From positions 21,781,395 to 21,845,394 of the forward strand of contig NC_068998.1 in NCBI RefSeq assembly GCF_001194135.2: a stretch of 64,000 bases of DNA. The letters are read 5' to 3'. Position numbers and translations under genes: made by a program. Shown here in pieces: positions 26,949 to 40,840 of the stretch (the stretch's first letter is position 1; each line of letters begins with the position of its first letter). Source of the DNA: Octopus bimaculoides. Taxonomy: Eukaryota. Below the pieces are notes generated by a model. That model searched no databases, had not been told where the DNA came from, and saw only the letters and a list, made by a program, of their open reading frames with translations.

Positions 26949-27897
26949 GGGTGGGTAAGTAATAATAATGATGCCAAGTATGACGTTGTGTGCTCATGTA
27001 GACAGCCTCTGTAAACATAGAAGAAATAATCCGGAACCAGAGTAATTATGTCTTCCGTTAGACAGGTGTTGAAAGGATAAATAGCATCTGAGCCTAAAAT
27101 AACTGATTGGGAATTGAGTTTCGTAGCTGAAGGAAGAGAATAGGCTTCAAATATCTACAGACATCCTTATGAATTGTTGCAGTTATAATTACCCATGAGT
27201 ATAAAAACATCAAATAACATGAAGATACAATAATTTTGTCATGCATGTGACAAAATGTAGTCTAGTAGTAACAAAATTAAGAATTTAAAACCCACGTTTA
27301 TTTCTCTCGTAAGAGAAATCTTAACAAGTAAACTCCTCTTGTATATGATTTAAAGAAACAAGATGCATACCACCTAATGATATGCAAGAGACTTTTGTAG
27401 AAAGGGGAGAGAATTATTTACGTTGCATAAACAAAACAACTAACAAAAACTGCTACAGAGAATATGAAAATGAATGGAAATCATTTGGTGTTTGACTAGA
27501 ATCAGACGGAGAGAAACTCTTGAAGGTGGATAATTAAACCCAAACACTTCTATCGTATAATGGTACAGAAATAACTGAAGACTACGAGGTAAGTAAATTT
27601 GGAATAGGAATATTAAACAATTTATTAACATTCAAATCAGAAAGAAGACCAGAGCCAGTTATAAAAAGACTTGTAAATTAATGACTGTGATAAAAGAACT
27701 CACAGACATATGTAATTAGCAAAAGATATGCAAGTAACATTGATTACTACTTTAAAACCATGCTTAAATTTGAAGATAAATACAGTGGTATACAAAAGTG
27801 AGTTATAAATACTCTTGCTACACTAATTATATATTACATGCTTCTTATCCATTAAAGATTAAAGTAAGTGCTATGTGTTTGTGTGTAATACTTTGTA

Positions 27898-27948
<51 letters not shown>

Positions 27949-28144
27949 ATATATGTACAAATATAAGTTGTTTCTCACGATCTCTTCTTAGTCTTCGTAT
28001 ATCGAAATGAAGAATCATGAGATCTAACTTCATTCTTATAGAATCTCCATAACAGAGATCAGAAACAAATACCCAGTACAACGAAACAGTATTAATTTTG
28101 TAATGATAATAATTGTTATAATTGTTATAATTGTTATTATTATT

Positions 28145-30330
28145 CCTTCGTAACGCAATGTTGTTAAAATGCACCGGAGTCTTTAGTCGTCTGTCAAGTC
28201 ATATCAAAGACCTCAGACAGATATTTTCCTGAAGATATGCGCTGAGCCTAATAAGACATTAATCTTGCAAGACATTGCAAGACATTAATCTTGCATGGGA
28301 TTTCCAGTTGCAAGTCATTAATCTTTTTGCAAGACATCAATCTTGCATGGGATTTCCAGTTGGCTTAAGAAGTCTTCAAGTTTCCATGGGATTGAGCCCG
28401 ACGCTCCGATCATATTTACAATACCGTCTCACATTCCATGCAGTATTGCCATTTATAATTTCATTTCGGAGTACTTGGCGATTTTTAAATCTCTTTACTC
28501 ACAACATTCATGTCATTTGGTATGGCTACACACACTATTTGTCACTTTTATTCAACATGACGATATCCGGTCGACGGTGTTCAATTACACGATCCGTCTG
28601 AAAAATCATAGTCTTAGAGTATCGTTACTTTTCCATCCTCCTGCATAACTTTACTTGGTACATGCTCATACAAGTTCTCTGTTACTTCATATTGCTATTT
28701 ATGGTATAAGATCCAATGAAGATACACACACACTTTATCGTGGCGGCGATTGTATTCTTTTTGTGCCAGGCTCTCACATCAACTTACCAAGTGGGTCACA
28801 TTTTCCACACACTTTCCACAGAGTCTACATTTCTGGATGTCAGAAGTTTTATAGATGTTATACTTCACTGAATTACTAGCCAGAGCCTGGTCTTGTGCAG
28901 CAATGATCAAGCTTTTGGGGCTACACTTCAAATCACCCTGCCCACGATGCTGTATTATCCTTAACGTCCTGTGTATGCTTTTCAAACTGTTCATGCATTC
29001 TCATTTTAAGAAGGTCTTCTGATCTCTTCTCAGCTCCTTGGTTAAACACCGCCTTGCCCGTCAATTCATTTGCATTTACATCCATATCTTTCGCGGTATA
29101 TTGCAACAGGTCTTCATCACTATTTATCAAATACTCGGCAAGCGTTCGTCTTTCACTGGTTATACAATGGTGTGTATTAATTACATCTGTACCACCATTC
29201 TTCATTTTCATATACAGTTTATTTACGTTAGATTTCCGGTGTAATGTCCTATGCAACATCATCAAATGTCTCGTCATTCTCTCCAGTAATCAGAGTTTTG
29301 GTATTGAAGTTGGATTTCAACACCATGTTCATCCTTTGTTAATACGCCTCGCTAACCTTGACTTTCATTTGTCTGTGTAGAATGTCATCCAGCTCCAAAA
29401 TCCCTAAATATCTATACCCATTACCGTAAGGTTCACCCATGGTCTCTCCTGATGTTAACCGCAATCCTTTGCAGTTTGCTTCCTTCCCTCTCTTCATATT
29501 AAGTACTTTTCATATTAAATAATTTAGGATTAAGCAATCCCAAATTCCATACCGATGTCCTTACCACATTTCTGGACTGTTTTGGTTAAGAAATCTATCA
29601 GTTCTTCAGACATCCGAGGCAATTTCCGGTCATCCATAAACAAGATAGTTTTATGATAGGCCTTTCTTCCCACACCTGTAACCCATCTTAACTTTCTTAA
29701 GTGTCATTGTTATGGGTATTAGTGCAATTACAAATAGTAACAGAGAATACGTGACATCCTGGAAGATTCCCCTTTCAATATAAACTTCTCCAAGGAATAC
29801 ATTACTTGAGTACAATTTGGCTTTCCACTCTTTCATACTATGCATCAGAAAATATGTGATGTTGTCAGCAACACCAAACATCTGCAAGCATTCGACGATC
29901 CAAAAATGAGGCATCCTATCATATGCCTTCTTAAAGTCAATCCAAGCCATTGAATATTTGTATAATGTTTTTTCTACAATGCTTCAAAACTATCAACGAC
30001 CAGGTGATCCTTGGTACCCTGAGAACTTTTCCCATATCCTTTTAGTTCACTTGGTAGTATTCCTTCCTGTGCCAGGAATGTGTATGTCTTTGCCGCACGT
30101 ATTCCAGTGAGTGCTACTACCGTCTTAATCTTCCAGATAATGTGTAGATATAATCTGGAATATTATGACAGTAGTTTCCCGCAATATTCCCATTTCTTCT
30201 CTCTTTCATTATAAGTGTTGTCCTCCCAGTCACTATTCACGCGGGGTCTGTACCTCTCTGGACACACTCATTCAATTAGGCTGCTAGTCTTTCATGCTCC
30301 ATGAGGCATCTCTTCGTCAGAAGCCATGAA
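28145..30330 (-). mobile_element. R4/Dong-like non-LTR retrotransposon (RT plus CCHC plus restriction-like endonuclease), 5'-truncated, pseudogenised
   Basis: RT motifs WIDFKKAYDRMPH and RGIFQD; AAQDQAL followed by CRLCGKCVENVTHLVS (CCHC region); RLE block QTDRVIEHRRPDIV; terminal LLGSAHIFRK; the 3' end runs into degenerate (AAT)n. Confidence 0.8.
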
Positions 30331-30344
30331 TCCCATCTTGTCAT

Positions 30345-30345
<1 letters not shown>

Positions 30346-30390
<45 letters not shown>

Positions 30391-31118
30391 AGTAAAAATA
30401 AATACAAAAAAGGTGGATATTTTGTATGATTGTGTAGAGAGGAATATATTATTTTGCTTAAAAGAGTTCCAACACTGTCTGTTTTTTATGTTTTATTTAT
30501 ATTCCTGCAGAACTAATGTGGGGTATAGAATATGGAATATACAATATATAATATGATATACAATATAGAATATAAAATAAAATAAAATAAAAATGGATGG
30601 CACCATGAAAGAAAGTATTGAATGTAGATGAAATATTGAGTGTTCAATATAAAGGATCAAATATATAAATATATAAATATAANNNNNNNNNNNNNNNNNN
30701 NNNNNNNNNNNNNNNNNNNNNNNNNNNNNNNNNNNNNNNNNNNNNNNNNNNNNNNNNNNNNNNNNNNNNNNNNNNNNNNNNNNNNNNNNNNNNNNNNNNN
30801 NNNNNNNNNNNNNNNNNNNNNNNNNNNNNNNNNNNNNNNNNNNNNNNNNNNNNNNNNNNNNNNNNNNNNNNNNNNNNNNNNNNNNNNNNNNNNNNNNNNN
30901 NNNNNNNNNNNNNNNNNNNNNNNNNNNNNNNNNNNNNNNNNNNNNNNNNNNNNNNNNNNNNNNNNNNNNNNNNNNNNNNNNNNNNNNNNNNNNNNNNNNN
31001 NNNNNNNNNNNNNNNNNNNNNNNNNNNNNNNNNNNNNNNNNNNNNNNNNNNNNNNNNNNNNNNNNNNNNNNNNNNNNNNNNNNNNNNNNNNNNNNNNNNN
31101 NNNNNNNNNNNNNNNNNN

Positions 31119-31188
<70 letters not shown>

Positions 31189-31190
31189 CT
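30346..31190. repeat. (TA)n and (TG)n microsatellites and assembly gap 30683-31118
   Basis: Direct reading. Confidence 0.9.
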
Positions 31191-31504
31191 GTATGCATGT
31201 ACATATCTCTGCTTCTAGAGAGTGAAGTTTAGTTGTTGATACATTGTACCGACACGAAATGACAATTGGAGATATTTAAAGAAGAAAGAAACTTCCAAAT
31301 TAATTAAAGACATTTCTGATCGTCCTTGGACGTAGACCAAGTACACTAGTTAAGTTCTTTGGCTTCTCTAACTTTTTTTCCTTCTATCCTTTCCGTTCTA
31401 TTTATGTGCGCGCACCTCCTTACAGCCATAGATATATATTGTATGTACACACCCAGACACACACTCTGACACATGGTCACATATGTATATGCATATATAA
31501 TCTA

Positions 31505-31535
<31 letters not shown>

Positions 31536-32280
31536 ATCTATCTATATATATATATATATATACACAAATATACGCATATATGTATTCTGTTTCTTTCGTT
31601 GATCCCACTGCTCCATGCTTATCGAATAATGTAAGAGTCACTAAAACTTTGAATATTGAAGTGTCTTATATATTCTATAATAATTAATATTTTAGATTGA
31701 ATACAGCAGTTTGATAAATAAAAGTTCCTAAAGGGACAGCTAGGCATACTTGACTGTATTATGTTAAAAGCAAATTCAGTGCTGACATAAGCGTTATGAT
31801 ACGTTATATGAGAATGCGTGTTCAAGAAATCAGATGAAAATCGATAACATAATGCATTCTGGTGGCGTTGATAGCATTAATTTCATCAGAGAGTAGCTAG
31901 CAATCATACAGATTCTTCCTTTGGAAATCGATATTAACATTAGCAAGTAGAAAGTTTTGAACAAAAATTCCCAATCTCTATTTGAAAATCATACGAACAC
32001 TATGTCTAGAGAAAACAAAATAATGCAAACAAATTGATCATACAAGAAATTAGTCCAAAAGACAATTCCACGGGAGACAACCTTCCAAACATATCGTCCC
32101 TTGATTCGTTGATTCATTGTTTCATTCACGCAATTTTTTACGACAACCCGCGAGGACTACACGGGAGTTTTCAAACATGAAGGCGAACACATTTATTCAT
32201 GTTATCGCATTGAAAAATTGTTAAGGCACTAAGACATTTCCCTACTTTTCTTAATATGACACCAATAGTACGCTTAATTC

Positions 32281-32325
<45 letters not shown>

Positions 32326-32898
32326 AATGTCCGCCTGTCTGTCTTTCTATTGATCTATGTATGTATGTATACATATATATACAGATATACCATATTGAAA
32401 CGAAAAAACAAACGACTTTACTGAATTATGCTCTGTACTATAGAATAACTTGCTTTGTTTTTATTCCTTTATGTTAAGTTAGGAACGACAATAACGCGAC
32501 TGTCACCGAACTATGAGAACCACTAAGAAGGCTGCGTTAGAAATGATACCCTAATTAGGTGTTGCTTCGCACTTTGAAGCAGCAAAGGGCATGGATTAAT
32601 GAAATGAAATAGGTAATTCATTAAGAGCCAGAATATTTGAAAGACTAAATGTGAAGACATGAGCGTAGATAAAATTCGTAATAGCATTTCTTGCATGAAA
32701 CACTGTGTAAATAGCATTGATATAGAGCACCCACTTCATGGAGAAAGACAGGCATGTGCGATTTAAATTAATATTTTTATAAAAAGGCAAAAACTTAAGA
32801 CAGGAAATTAAAAATGTACTAAAAGACATGAAAAAGCTTAAATCGTTACACAGTAGTGAAAAATAAGCCATTACTATACATGAAAGTACATACATGCC

Positions 32899-32933
<35 letters not shown>

Positions 32934-32995
32934 CGTGTAACTTTTAATGTGTATACATATATATATATATATATATATCCATGCATATATGGGTA

Positions 32996-33094
32996 CAGAC
33001 CGTCACCAACAGAGCAAATAGCATGAAATACGTAAACAAACGAGGGAAAACTAGTTACGTATTTCATGTTACATGCACCGTTGGTGACGTCCTG
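32996..33094. mobile_element. 99-bp hairpin MITE with TA flanks (Tc1/mariner-type)
   Basis: 40-bp arms at 32996-33035 and 33055-33094 with 7 mismatches and a 19-bp spacer; TA at 32994-32995 and 33095-33096. Confidence 0.8.
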
Positions 33095-33103
33095 TACACT
33101 TAT

Positions 33104-33371
33104 NNNNNNNNNNNNNNNNNNNNNNNNNNNNNNNNNNNNNNNNNNNNNNNNNNNNNNNNNNNNNNNNNNNNNNNNNNNNNNNNNNNNNNNNNNNNNNNNN
33201 NNNNNNNNNNNNNNNNNNNNNNNNNNNNNNNNNNNNNNNNNNNNNNNNNNNNNNNNNNNNNNNNNNNNNNNNNNNNNNNNNNNNNNNNNNNNNNNNNNNN
33301 NNNNNNNNNNNNNNNNNNNNNNNNNNNNNNNNNNNNNNNNNNNNNNNNNNNNNNNNNNNNNNNNNNNNNNN

Positions 33372-33410
<39 letters not shown>
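33104..33410. repeat. Assembly gap 33104-33371 followed by (TA)n
   Basis: Direct reading. Confidence 0.95.
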
Positions 33411-33413
<3 letters not shown>

Positions 33414-33559
33414 GTTATGAAGGGTATTGGAGTCAACCAAACCTTAAACATACAGGTAATACCGAGTAAGTGCTGTATGCCGACTAGATTTGCCCCTAAG
33501 GTGGTTGCAACATGAGTCGTGTATTAGCGTGTATATATATAAAAAAGAATAACATAAAG

Positions 33560-33840
33560 AGACCAATGGCAAATGTATAATTATATTTTATGTATAAAGT
33601 CTTACAGCTGTTTCAGGGAAAATTCAATGTATCCCTTCATCGGAGACGGTAATAGTAGAAGAATGGATTATTACATCTATAAGAGGAGATTAGTAGTAAG
33701 AAGTGAGTGCGATGCGTAGAAGAAAGAACAAAGAAGAAAAAGTACTTGGAGTATAGTTCCATTCCAACAGTAAACATCCATGTAAAGAATCCGTGTGGGT
33801 ATTTTTCGGAGATAATTGTAGTTGCAAAGGTGGATATATA
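33560..33840 (-). mobile_element. Probable Penelope-like 3' end carrying the hammerhead
   Basis: QLQL..KYPHGF (frameshifted) resembles the W..L.T..P.GLN end of PLE GIY-YIG ORFs; a pyrimidine-rich UTR and the ribozyme motif follow. Confidence 0.35.
33599..33647 (-). ncRNA. Minimal type I hammerhead ribozyme, near canonical (U4C core variant)
   Basis: Minus strand: gtct CCGATGA aggga tacattgaattt tccct GAAAC agct GTA agac. Stem I is 4 bp, stem II is a perfect 5 bp, stem III is 2 bp with a palindromic AGCT loop, and the cleavage triplet is GUA. Confidence 0.75.
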
Positions 33841-33849
33841 TAGTTAATT

Positions 33850-34565
33850 CTAGTGCCCTGTGGAAGGAAGTACGGAGGCATCACATGTCCTTCATTGCTG
33901 AAAACCCCTAAAACTATGACAGCTTCATGAAAGTCTGTGTACATAACACTTGGAACTTCAGAAGGGTCTGCATATAAATATCTGTCATTTCTCCTGTTAA
34001 CATTTTGATCTTGGTTGAAGTTTTTCTCGTTTGAAAAAAACCTAATCAAATCTTCTGTTGCATTTTCAGTTTGTTTAAGAGCCTTTTAGGTCCGATGTAG
34101 TGATTTTCGTTTGCTTTCTCTGACAAATGGACCTTTCCTCATCATATAAGACTTATATCTGATGTTTCCGTGGACATTTCAGACTTTTCCATCTGACACA
34201 GAGATATTTTGCAATTGACCTCATGGACTTTGTGGGATTATAATCAATAGTCTGTTGAACTTTATGGTTAAGTTCGGGTATTCTGATGATTTCAGAGCAT
34301 ATAGAATGCTTTGGATGCTTGGCATGCTTTGATACTGGTTATACGTTTCCATCATCACTCTCTAGCTCCTCACAAATTTTGTAGACGAAAGATCTGGCAA
34401 CATTTACAAATCGAGATATTTCTAAATCGCTATGCTCAGCATTTATTACCACAATAACAGCATGCCTCTCTATTATTATTTTCTGAAACAAAGATTACAC
34501 AGACTAAGCAAACCATGCAGTAATGACCCCAAAATTTATGTCCGCAAATACCGTACTTGCCCTGC
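33850..34565 (-). mobile_element. maT/DD37D-like Tc1/mariner transposase remnant, 3'-truncated
   Basis: ORF 33690-34049 begins FFSNEKNFNQDQNVNRRNDRY.ADPSEVP...VIVLGVFSNEGHVMPPYFLPQG, matching the FFSDEK / NRRNDRW / VMVLGVVS motifs. The end near 34565 (tatatgcagggcaagtacggtatttgcggac on the minus strand) is TIR-like. Confidence 0.75.
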
Positions 34566-34575
34566 ATATAAATAA

Positions 34576-35110
<535 letters not shown>

Positions 35111-36386
35111 TAACATATTAAAAAGGGTGGCTTTATTATTTGTCTATTATACACACGTAAAGATATACTTTCTGTAATATATATCATCTCGTTCCCAGAA
35201 AGGGAGAAAAATTATTAAAATTGAAAACTCAAATGTAGACGTTAGCCATATATACATTTAAAAAAATAAAGAAATGTCATTTCGTCTTGTTTTTATAATA
35301 GATTTGTAAATATAAACACACAGAAAATCATACACACTCGCAAACACACACGCACACACACATACAATAATTTATTTGACTCAGCGAAGCGTAACAGTAA
35401 CTGACTGAAGCAACGTGATTCATTATATATGCACCTTGTTTAGCGATACCATCATCGTTCTCTCGTTGTGCTTAAGGATGTATACCAACTGATATAAATA
35501 GTATGGTGGGTAAAATATAAACTTCGTGTCGGTCAGTGCAAATTTCTTGTTTACATGTTACAGTTTGGTTTTATCGCAGAAGTGTTTAATGAAGCTCTCT
35601 GTACAAGAACGAAAATACTGAAAAGAGTTAATGAAGCAATTGCATAATAGAATAAACATATACAAATGTACTATGAGTTTAAGGGGTTAAAGTGAGTTAC
35701 CTAAGTGTTTTAGTTAGTTGGCAGTTTCTTGTCTCTTCTCTCCATATTAATCTTGCAAAACAATGAATAATTTTTTCGCACAAACTGGCGAAGTTTCTTC
35801 ATCTATTATATCAGAAATTTGTTTTTGTAACAAAACAGTAAATGCTCACGTATACTATTGGTGATCGTACAGCATGTCTTTTATAATTTCTTCTATAAGT
35901 CACTACATTATTCTCATTCGTTGATAATCTAAACGTCGTTTCCTTTCTGACTGTTGAAGACAAATTTGTGCTTCTGTTATCGCTTCGCTGTGATCAGAAA
36001 TGTAGAATAACTGACACGATGCTGAAATTACAAATTACGGAAATAGTGACCATATGTACAGTTTACCAACTGTATCTCTGTTTTGTATGTGGAACTTCTC
36101 TACGACACATATACTCTGTATTGGATGTGAGAAAACAAAATTAAAACCAAAATCAGTCGAATCGTGATATTAATAAGTACTGATGTAACGCAAACTATCT
36201 CTTGCATGCCTTTTACTCCTCTATCTTCCGTGAATAGTTTCTGTCAATGCAACAGCGTAATTCTTGATATTCTTAATTGCATGCAATTTATTTGAATCGG
36301 TTTTTCCTTAGGATGAATTTATTATGTACTTAATTTCACACGACTTATGTATAGCAGAATTCTAATATTGGTCAGTGTAAGGCTAT

Positions 36387-36490
36387 AAGGCGGTGACAGA
36401 ATAGTTAGCACGCAGAGAAGAATGCTTAGCAGTATTTTGACCGCCTATACGCTTTGAGTTCCATATCCACCGACGTTGACTCTGCTTTTT
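36387..36490 (+). mobile_element. Family N SINE 5' fragment
   Basis: aaggcggtgacagaatagttagcacgc...aatgcttagcagtatttt...gttgactctgcttt. Confidence 0.6.
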
Positions 36491-37121
36491 TGTATATCAG
36501 TTTGTATTGATGCTTAGGCACCTTTGACTTCTCTACACATTCCTTTTCGGAAAGGGATGTTGCTGACCCACTTGAATAATGCACACACCTGTACATAGAT
36601 TACAGTTTGTGACTGTAGTTAGTCGGGTTACAATATAATTTCATGATCGTGACTTAAGCGATAGTAGACAAATCCTTCTCGCACTAATGGCTGTGTTTTT
36701 TTGCCAATTCATTTTCCTGGGGAGGCGCGGAAGGAAAACTATTGTTTTTAATCTGTGCATTATCTATTTTGTTTCAGTATGACTGGCATTTTCGATCGCC
36801 CAAATATTGACACAAAAACAAGAATATGAACTATTTGTTCCCACAAAACATGTAAATATCCGTGTGTAAGTTCTATAACAAAAGTCTAACCTCTAAATCA
36901 ACAAATTGACGTATACATGGACTCTGTATCCAGCATACGTATATAGACTTTTCTTGTTTTGTTGAAAATTAGTATCTTAAAACTTCTATTCCTGAATGCT
37001 CTCGTTTTGGAAACTGTATTATCAAAACGTGTACCATGTAATTTTCGCTGCGTTATAATGCGCACCAGATTCGTTGATATATATTTTGAGGTTATTAAAA
37101 AAAATAGTAGTGGACATTATA

Positions 37122-38393
37122 TTAGGTCATCCCATAAATTCTGTCCGAATTTTGAATAAAGAAAACAAGTGACCAAATATATTTGATTGAAATTTAATCA
37201 TCAATATACTTTCTCTGATTATCTATGACTTCCTTCCATCTATTTACAAGCTTTTTAATCCGATCAACGTAAAACTCTTTTTGTTTCAAAGCGAAGAACT
37301 CTGCAGTATCAGTTTCGACCTCCTCTTGGCCTGCGAAAGTTGCCCCCCAAATGATTCTGTAATCTACGAAACAAATGGTAGTTTGAAGGAGCAAGGTCGG
37401 CGGGAGAATAAGGTGGTTGAAGAATTGTTTTCCCAACCAAGACCTTTGATCTTCTGTGATGTGATCTTTGCAGTGTAGTGTGCGCATTGACCTGATGAAA
37501 CATCACTCATTTTCGATTCACTAAAGCGGATCTTTTTTCTTCAACGCTTGGTTCAAACGCTCTAATTGCTGACTGTAGACTTGAGCATTGATTGCTGCAT
37601 TAGGAGGTAACAATTCAAAGTGAATTACTCATTTGCAATCCCACCAGATAGAGAGAAGAACCTTTTTCCCATAAAGTTCCCTTCTAGGTTCTGGTTGAGC
37701 TTTTTTTCCTTTTACCAAGCCACTATTTACGACGTTTACCATTTCGATAGAAGATCCATTTTTTGTCATCAGTCACAAGTCTATCCAAAAAGGGTGAAAT
37801 GTGTTTGCGAGAATGGAGAGAAGAACATATGTGAACTCGGGATTTGCGGTTGCGTTTTGCCAATTCATGAGGCACACATTTTCCAAGTTTAGGAACCTTT
37901 CCAAGTTGTTGAAGATGACGATTATCAGTAATATGGTTTGAACTAAGCTTTATTTCCAATTCTTCAACTGATGCAGGATTTTCTTCAAGTAATGCCTCAA
38001 GGAGCTTATCATCAATCTCAACTGGATGTCCTGTTCGATCTTCATCTTCAAGGCTGAAATCTCCACTTCTGAATTTTGCAAAGTATCTCCTGCAAGTTCT
38101 TTCATTCAAGCATTCTTCCTCATTAACCGAGTGCATGTTTCAAGTCACTTCGGCTGCAGAGTTTCCTTTTTTGTACTCATAAAGCATTATGTGCCTCAAA
38201 TGCTCTTTGGATATTTCTAAGTTAGAAAGGGTTTTAATCAAAGAAATTTTAATTCTATTATTCTATAAAAAAATATTTAATTAGTTTAAATAAACACAAT
38301 AATTTTTAATTCCATTAGACATTCTAAAATACTATTAAATTTCATTCAATTTTAAAAAAGGTAAAATCGAACAGGACTGATGGAATGACCTGA
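37122..38393 (-). mobile_element. Full-length (1272 bp) mariner (DD34D-type) transposon, decayed transposase
   Basis: Imperfect TIRs (ttaggtcatcccataaatt / tcaggtcattccatcagtc) with TA at 37120-37121 and 38394-38395. ORF fragments contain FAKFRSGDFSLEDEDRTG, CVPHEL (WVPHEL), LVTDDKKW and YSPADLAPSNYHLFR (YSPDLAPSDYHLF). Confidence 0.92.
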
Positions 38394-40189
38394 TATTATA
38401 TACACTTGCTGTTCTTATGGTTACGAATAATGGTCTTCTTTTGTAATTCTATAACAGCAACGCTTCTGTTACAGGTAAGTGAGTTCTTGATTTAGTTAAA
38501 GTCTCCGGTGTTTTTACATGTAGTACTGCCATATCAGACAAGTTTGCTGTTTACCAATAGGGATTTTCGTTCACAATTTAAGGATTCCATCAAACAATGA
38601 AGGTTGTTGAATATCGAAGGCGAAATGTAGTAAATATTCGTTTTAGCTATGTTGAACATAAGATATGGTTAATGCCTACAATTTGATAATATATCTTAAT
38701 AAAGGGAAATAATTCGAATACATGCAAAAGCCAATTTCGTATTGATTATAGTAAGATATAGAAAAAAGTGCATAGAATGCATTTATGTATTTTATAAAAG
38801 TATTAGACAAAAAAAGCAAGAACAACATAACTGAAACGTATTTATTAAGAATACGATAAATGTGATGTTTAGCATAGAAAATACTGATATAGAGAGGAGA
38901 GCCCCACTGGGGGATCACATTACTGTTTTCCATATGGTTATAATATACGATATACGAATTTTTTTTATCAACTGTGAAATACTTGATGTGATAACTCTCA
39001 GTCGTTGTTCGCCACGTTTGGCGAAATTAATATACTCCTCTGTGAAGATATAGAAAGATATCGCGTTATTTTCCATCAGAATTTGTTTTATAAACGGGGA
39101 CAATTATCATGAAGGTTACTTTGTTTCTTACTTCCCTTTATAACCCGGAAACCTTAATATTTGTACTAGGTACATGACTGACAAAATCGTGTATTGCAAG
39201 TATAAACTTTCATAATGTTTCTTATAATCGAATATTTCTGTATCTACAGTGTTGTATTCTGTACATCACTAAACTAATAACAACAACAATACAGCATGTA
39301 TCAACTTCACGATTATTGTTTGTAGGTGAGAGGCATATGTTGAATATAAATAACATGTGTATAGCTTCACTAGTGAAATGAATTATATGTCTTAATAAGC
39401 ACTTACTTATTGCATGATTCCATGTAAGCAAAGCGGAATTGCATTAAACAGAAATGAAGGATACTTTCAATGCACATTAGAATGACTGATAACAAAATCA
39501 GAATAAACCCTCTTAATAGACATTACTATGTCATCTGATAAAATAAATAGTCATTAGGATTATACGTTGTTGATTCATTCAAGATATCATTGATAATCCT
39601 GTTAAACAGTAACAAAGATTTATACTGACATTCTGTGCAGGAACACCAGCCATTTATCTTCATTTTGTGGAAACAAACTTGAAATTTTCATCCAGTCTTG
39701 TCTAGAACTTCAATCTATTAAATACATTTCTTAAACAATCATCGGTTTTACTTCTATTAGAATGTATAGATTTAGACTATCTCTCGTATTATATGTCAAA
39801 ATGATATATTATAGAAATGATACATTCACTAAAGTAGCTGCCACTACTTTCAGTTTAACAAATCCAAACAAAATGATTTATTTAAGTTACTCGTTTACAT
39901 AACTGCTCTTGCATGTTTGATTGCTATAGAAAATTTTATTCATTTATATGTACCACGTATAGAATAATTACACTATAATATTACACTATAATATACATAT
40001 TAAACCATTGAGTACCTCAGCTAATGAATCATAAAGGTCCTTAAATCTTAATTTAGGTCGTTAATTCCTATATTGTCGGCCGTATGCAGTTGAAGATGAA
40101 AGCTTTAATATGCTTAATATTTTTACATCTGAATATTTCAAATAATAAAACAAACAAAAAAAAACGCTTACACATGGGCTCTAGAATGA

Positions 40190-40840
40190 ATTGAGTGAGC
40201 TTCAGAAAGTAAGTACATCGTATATTCGAAAGGAGTCACAGGCATTTGTGATTTGAAAGCAATTCAAGGACGATACGACATGTAGCCAACGAATTCGTAA
40301 AGAGAAACTCTTTATTACTAAATACAGACTCCTTTTGAACGCGTCTACAACACACGACATATCCACCACGGCCTTAGAATAACACAAACACACACGCAAA
40401 TATTAAAAATGATACACTCAAGAGATTCCCAAGAATTCATTAATAAACAGTCCCAATCACTGCTATAATCCATAACGAACCACGTTTGAGGTCACTTGAC
40501 CATTTAACACCTATTCTTCATTGTTATTCTCCCTTCTCTTTCTTCTTCTTCTTCTTCTTCTTCTTCTTCTTCTTCTTCTTCTTCTTCTTCTTCTTCTTCT
40601 TCTTCTTCTTCTTCTTCTTCTTCTTCTTCTTCTTCTTTACCAAGAATTCACAACGACCTCGAACCCACAAGAATAAACAAGAGAGACAGAAACAGGAAGA
40701 AACAAGGAAAATGCCCCTTGTATTTGAACACTATGCAAATATTCTTTTAAAAAAACTTCTTTAATTTTTCCAAAATTTAATTGTCTTTTATATTTACAGT
40801 TGAAAAGGCCTTAGTGACTGAAACCGTTACTGAAATGATG
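40190..40840 (+). mobile_element. Probable Penelope-like 3' remnant with (TTC)n in its UTR and a hammerhead relic
   Basis: RIRKEKLFITKYRLLLN resembles the C-terminus of PLE GIY-YIG ORFs; a degenerate hammerhead-like motif lies at 40797-40832. Confidence 0.4.
40540..40636. repeat. (TTC)n microsatellite
   Basis: About 32 units. Confidence 0.97.

Noticed and set aside
33690-33845. C-terminal part of the 119-aa transposase-like ORF
   Set aside because: Read-through past the maT truncation point into unrelated (probably PLE) sequence; a chimeric ORF, not a novel fusion protein.
36959-37159. Short ORF with signal-peptide-like start and cysteines (secreted peptide or toxin?)
   Set aside because: It starts at TTG, runs into the mariner TIR, and has no recognisable family motif.
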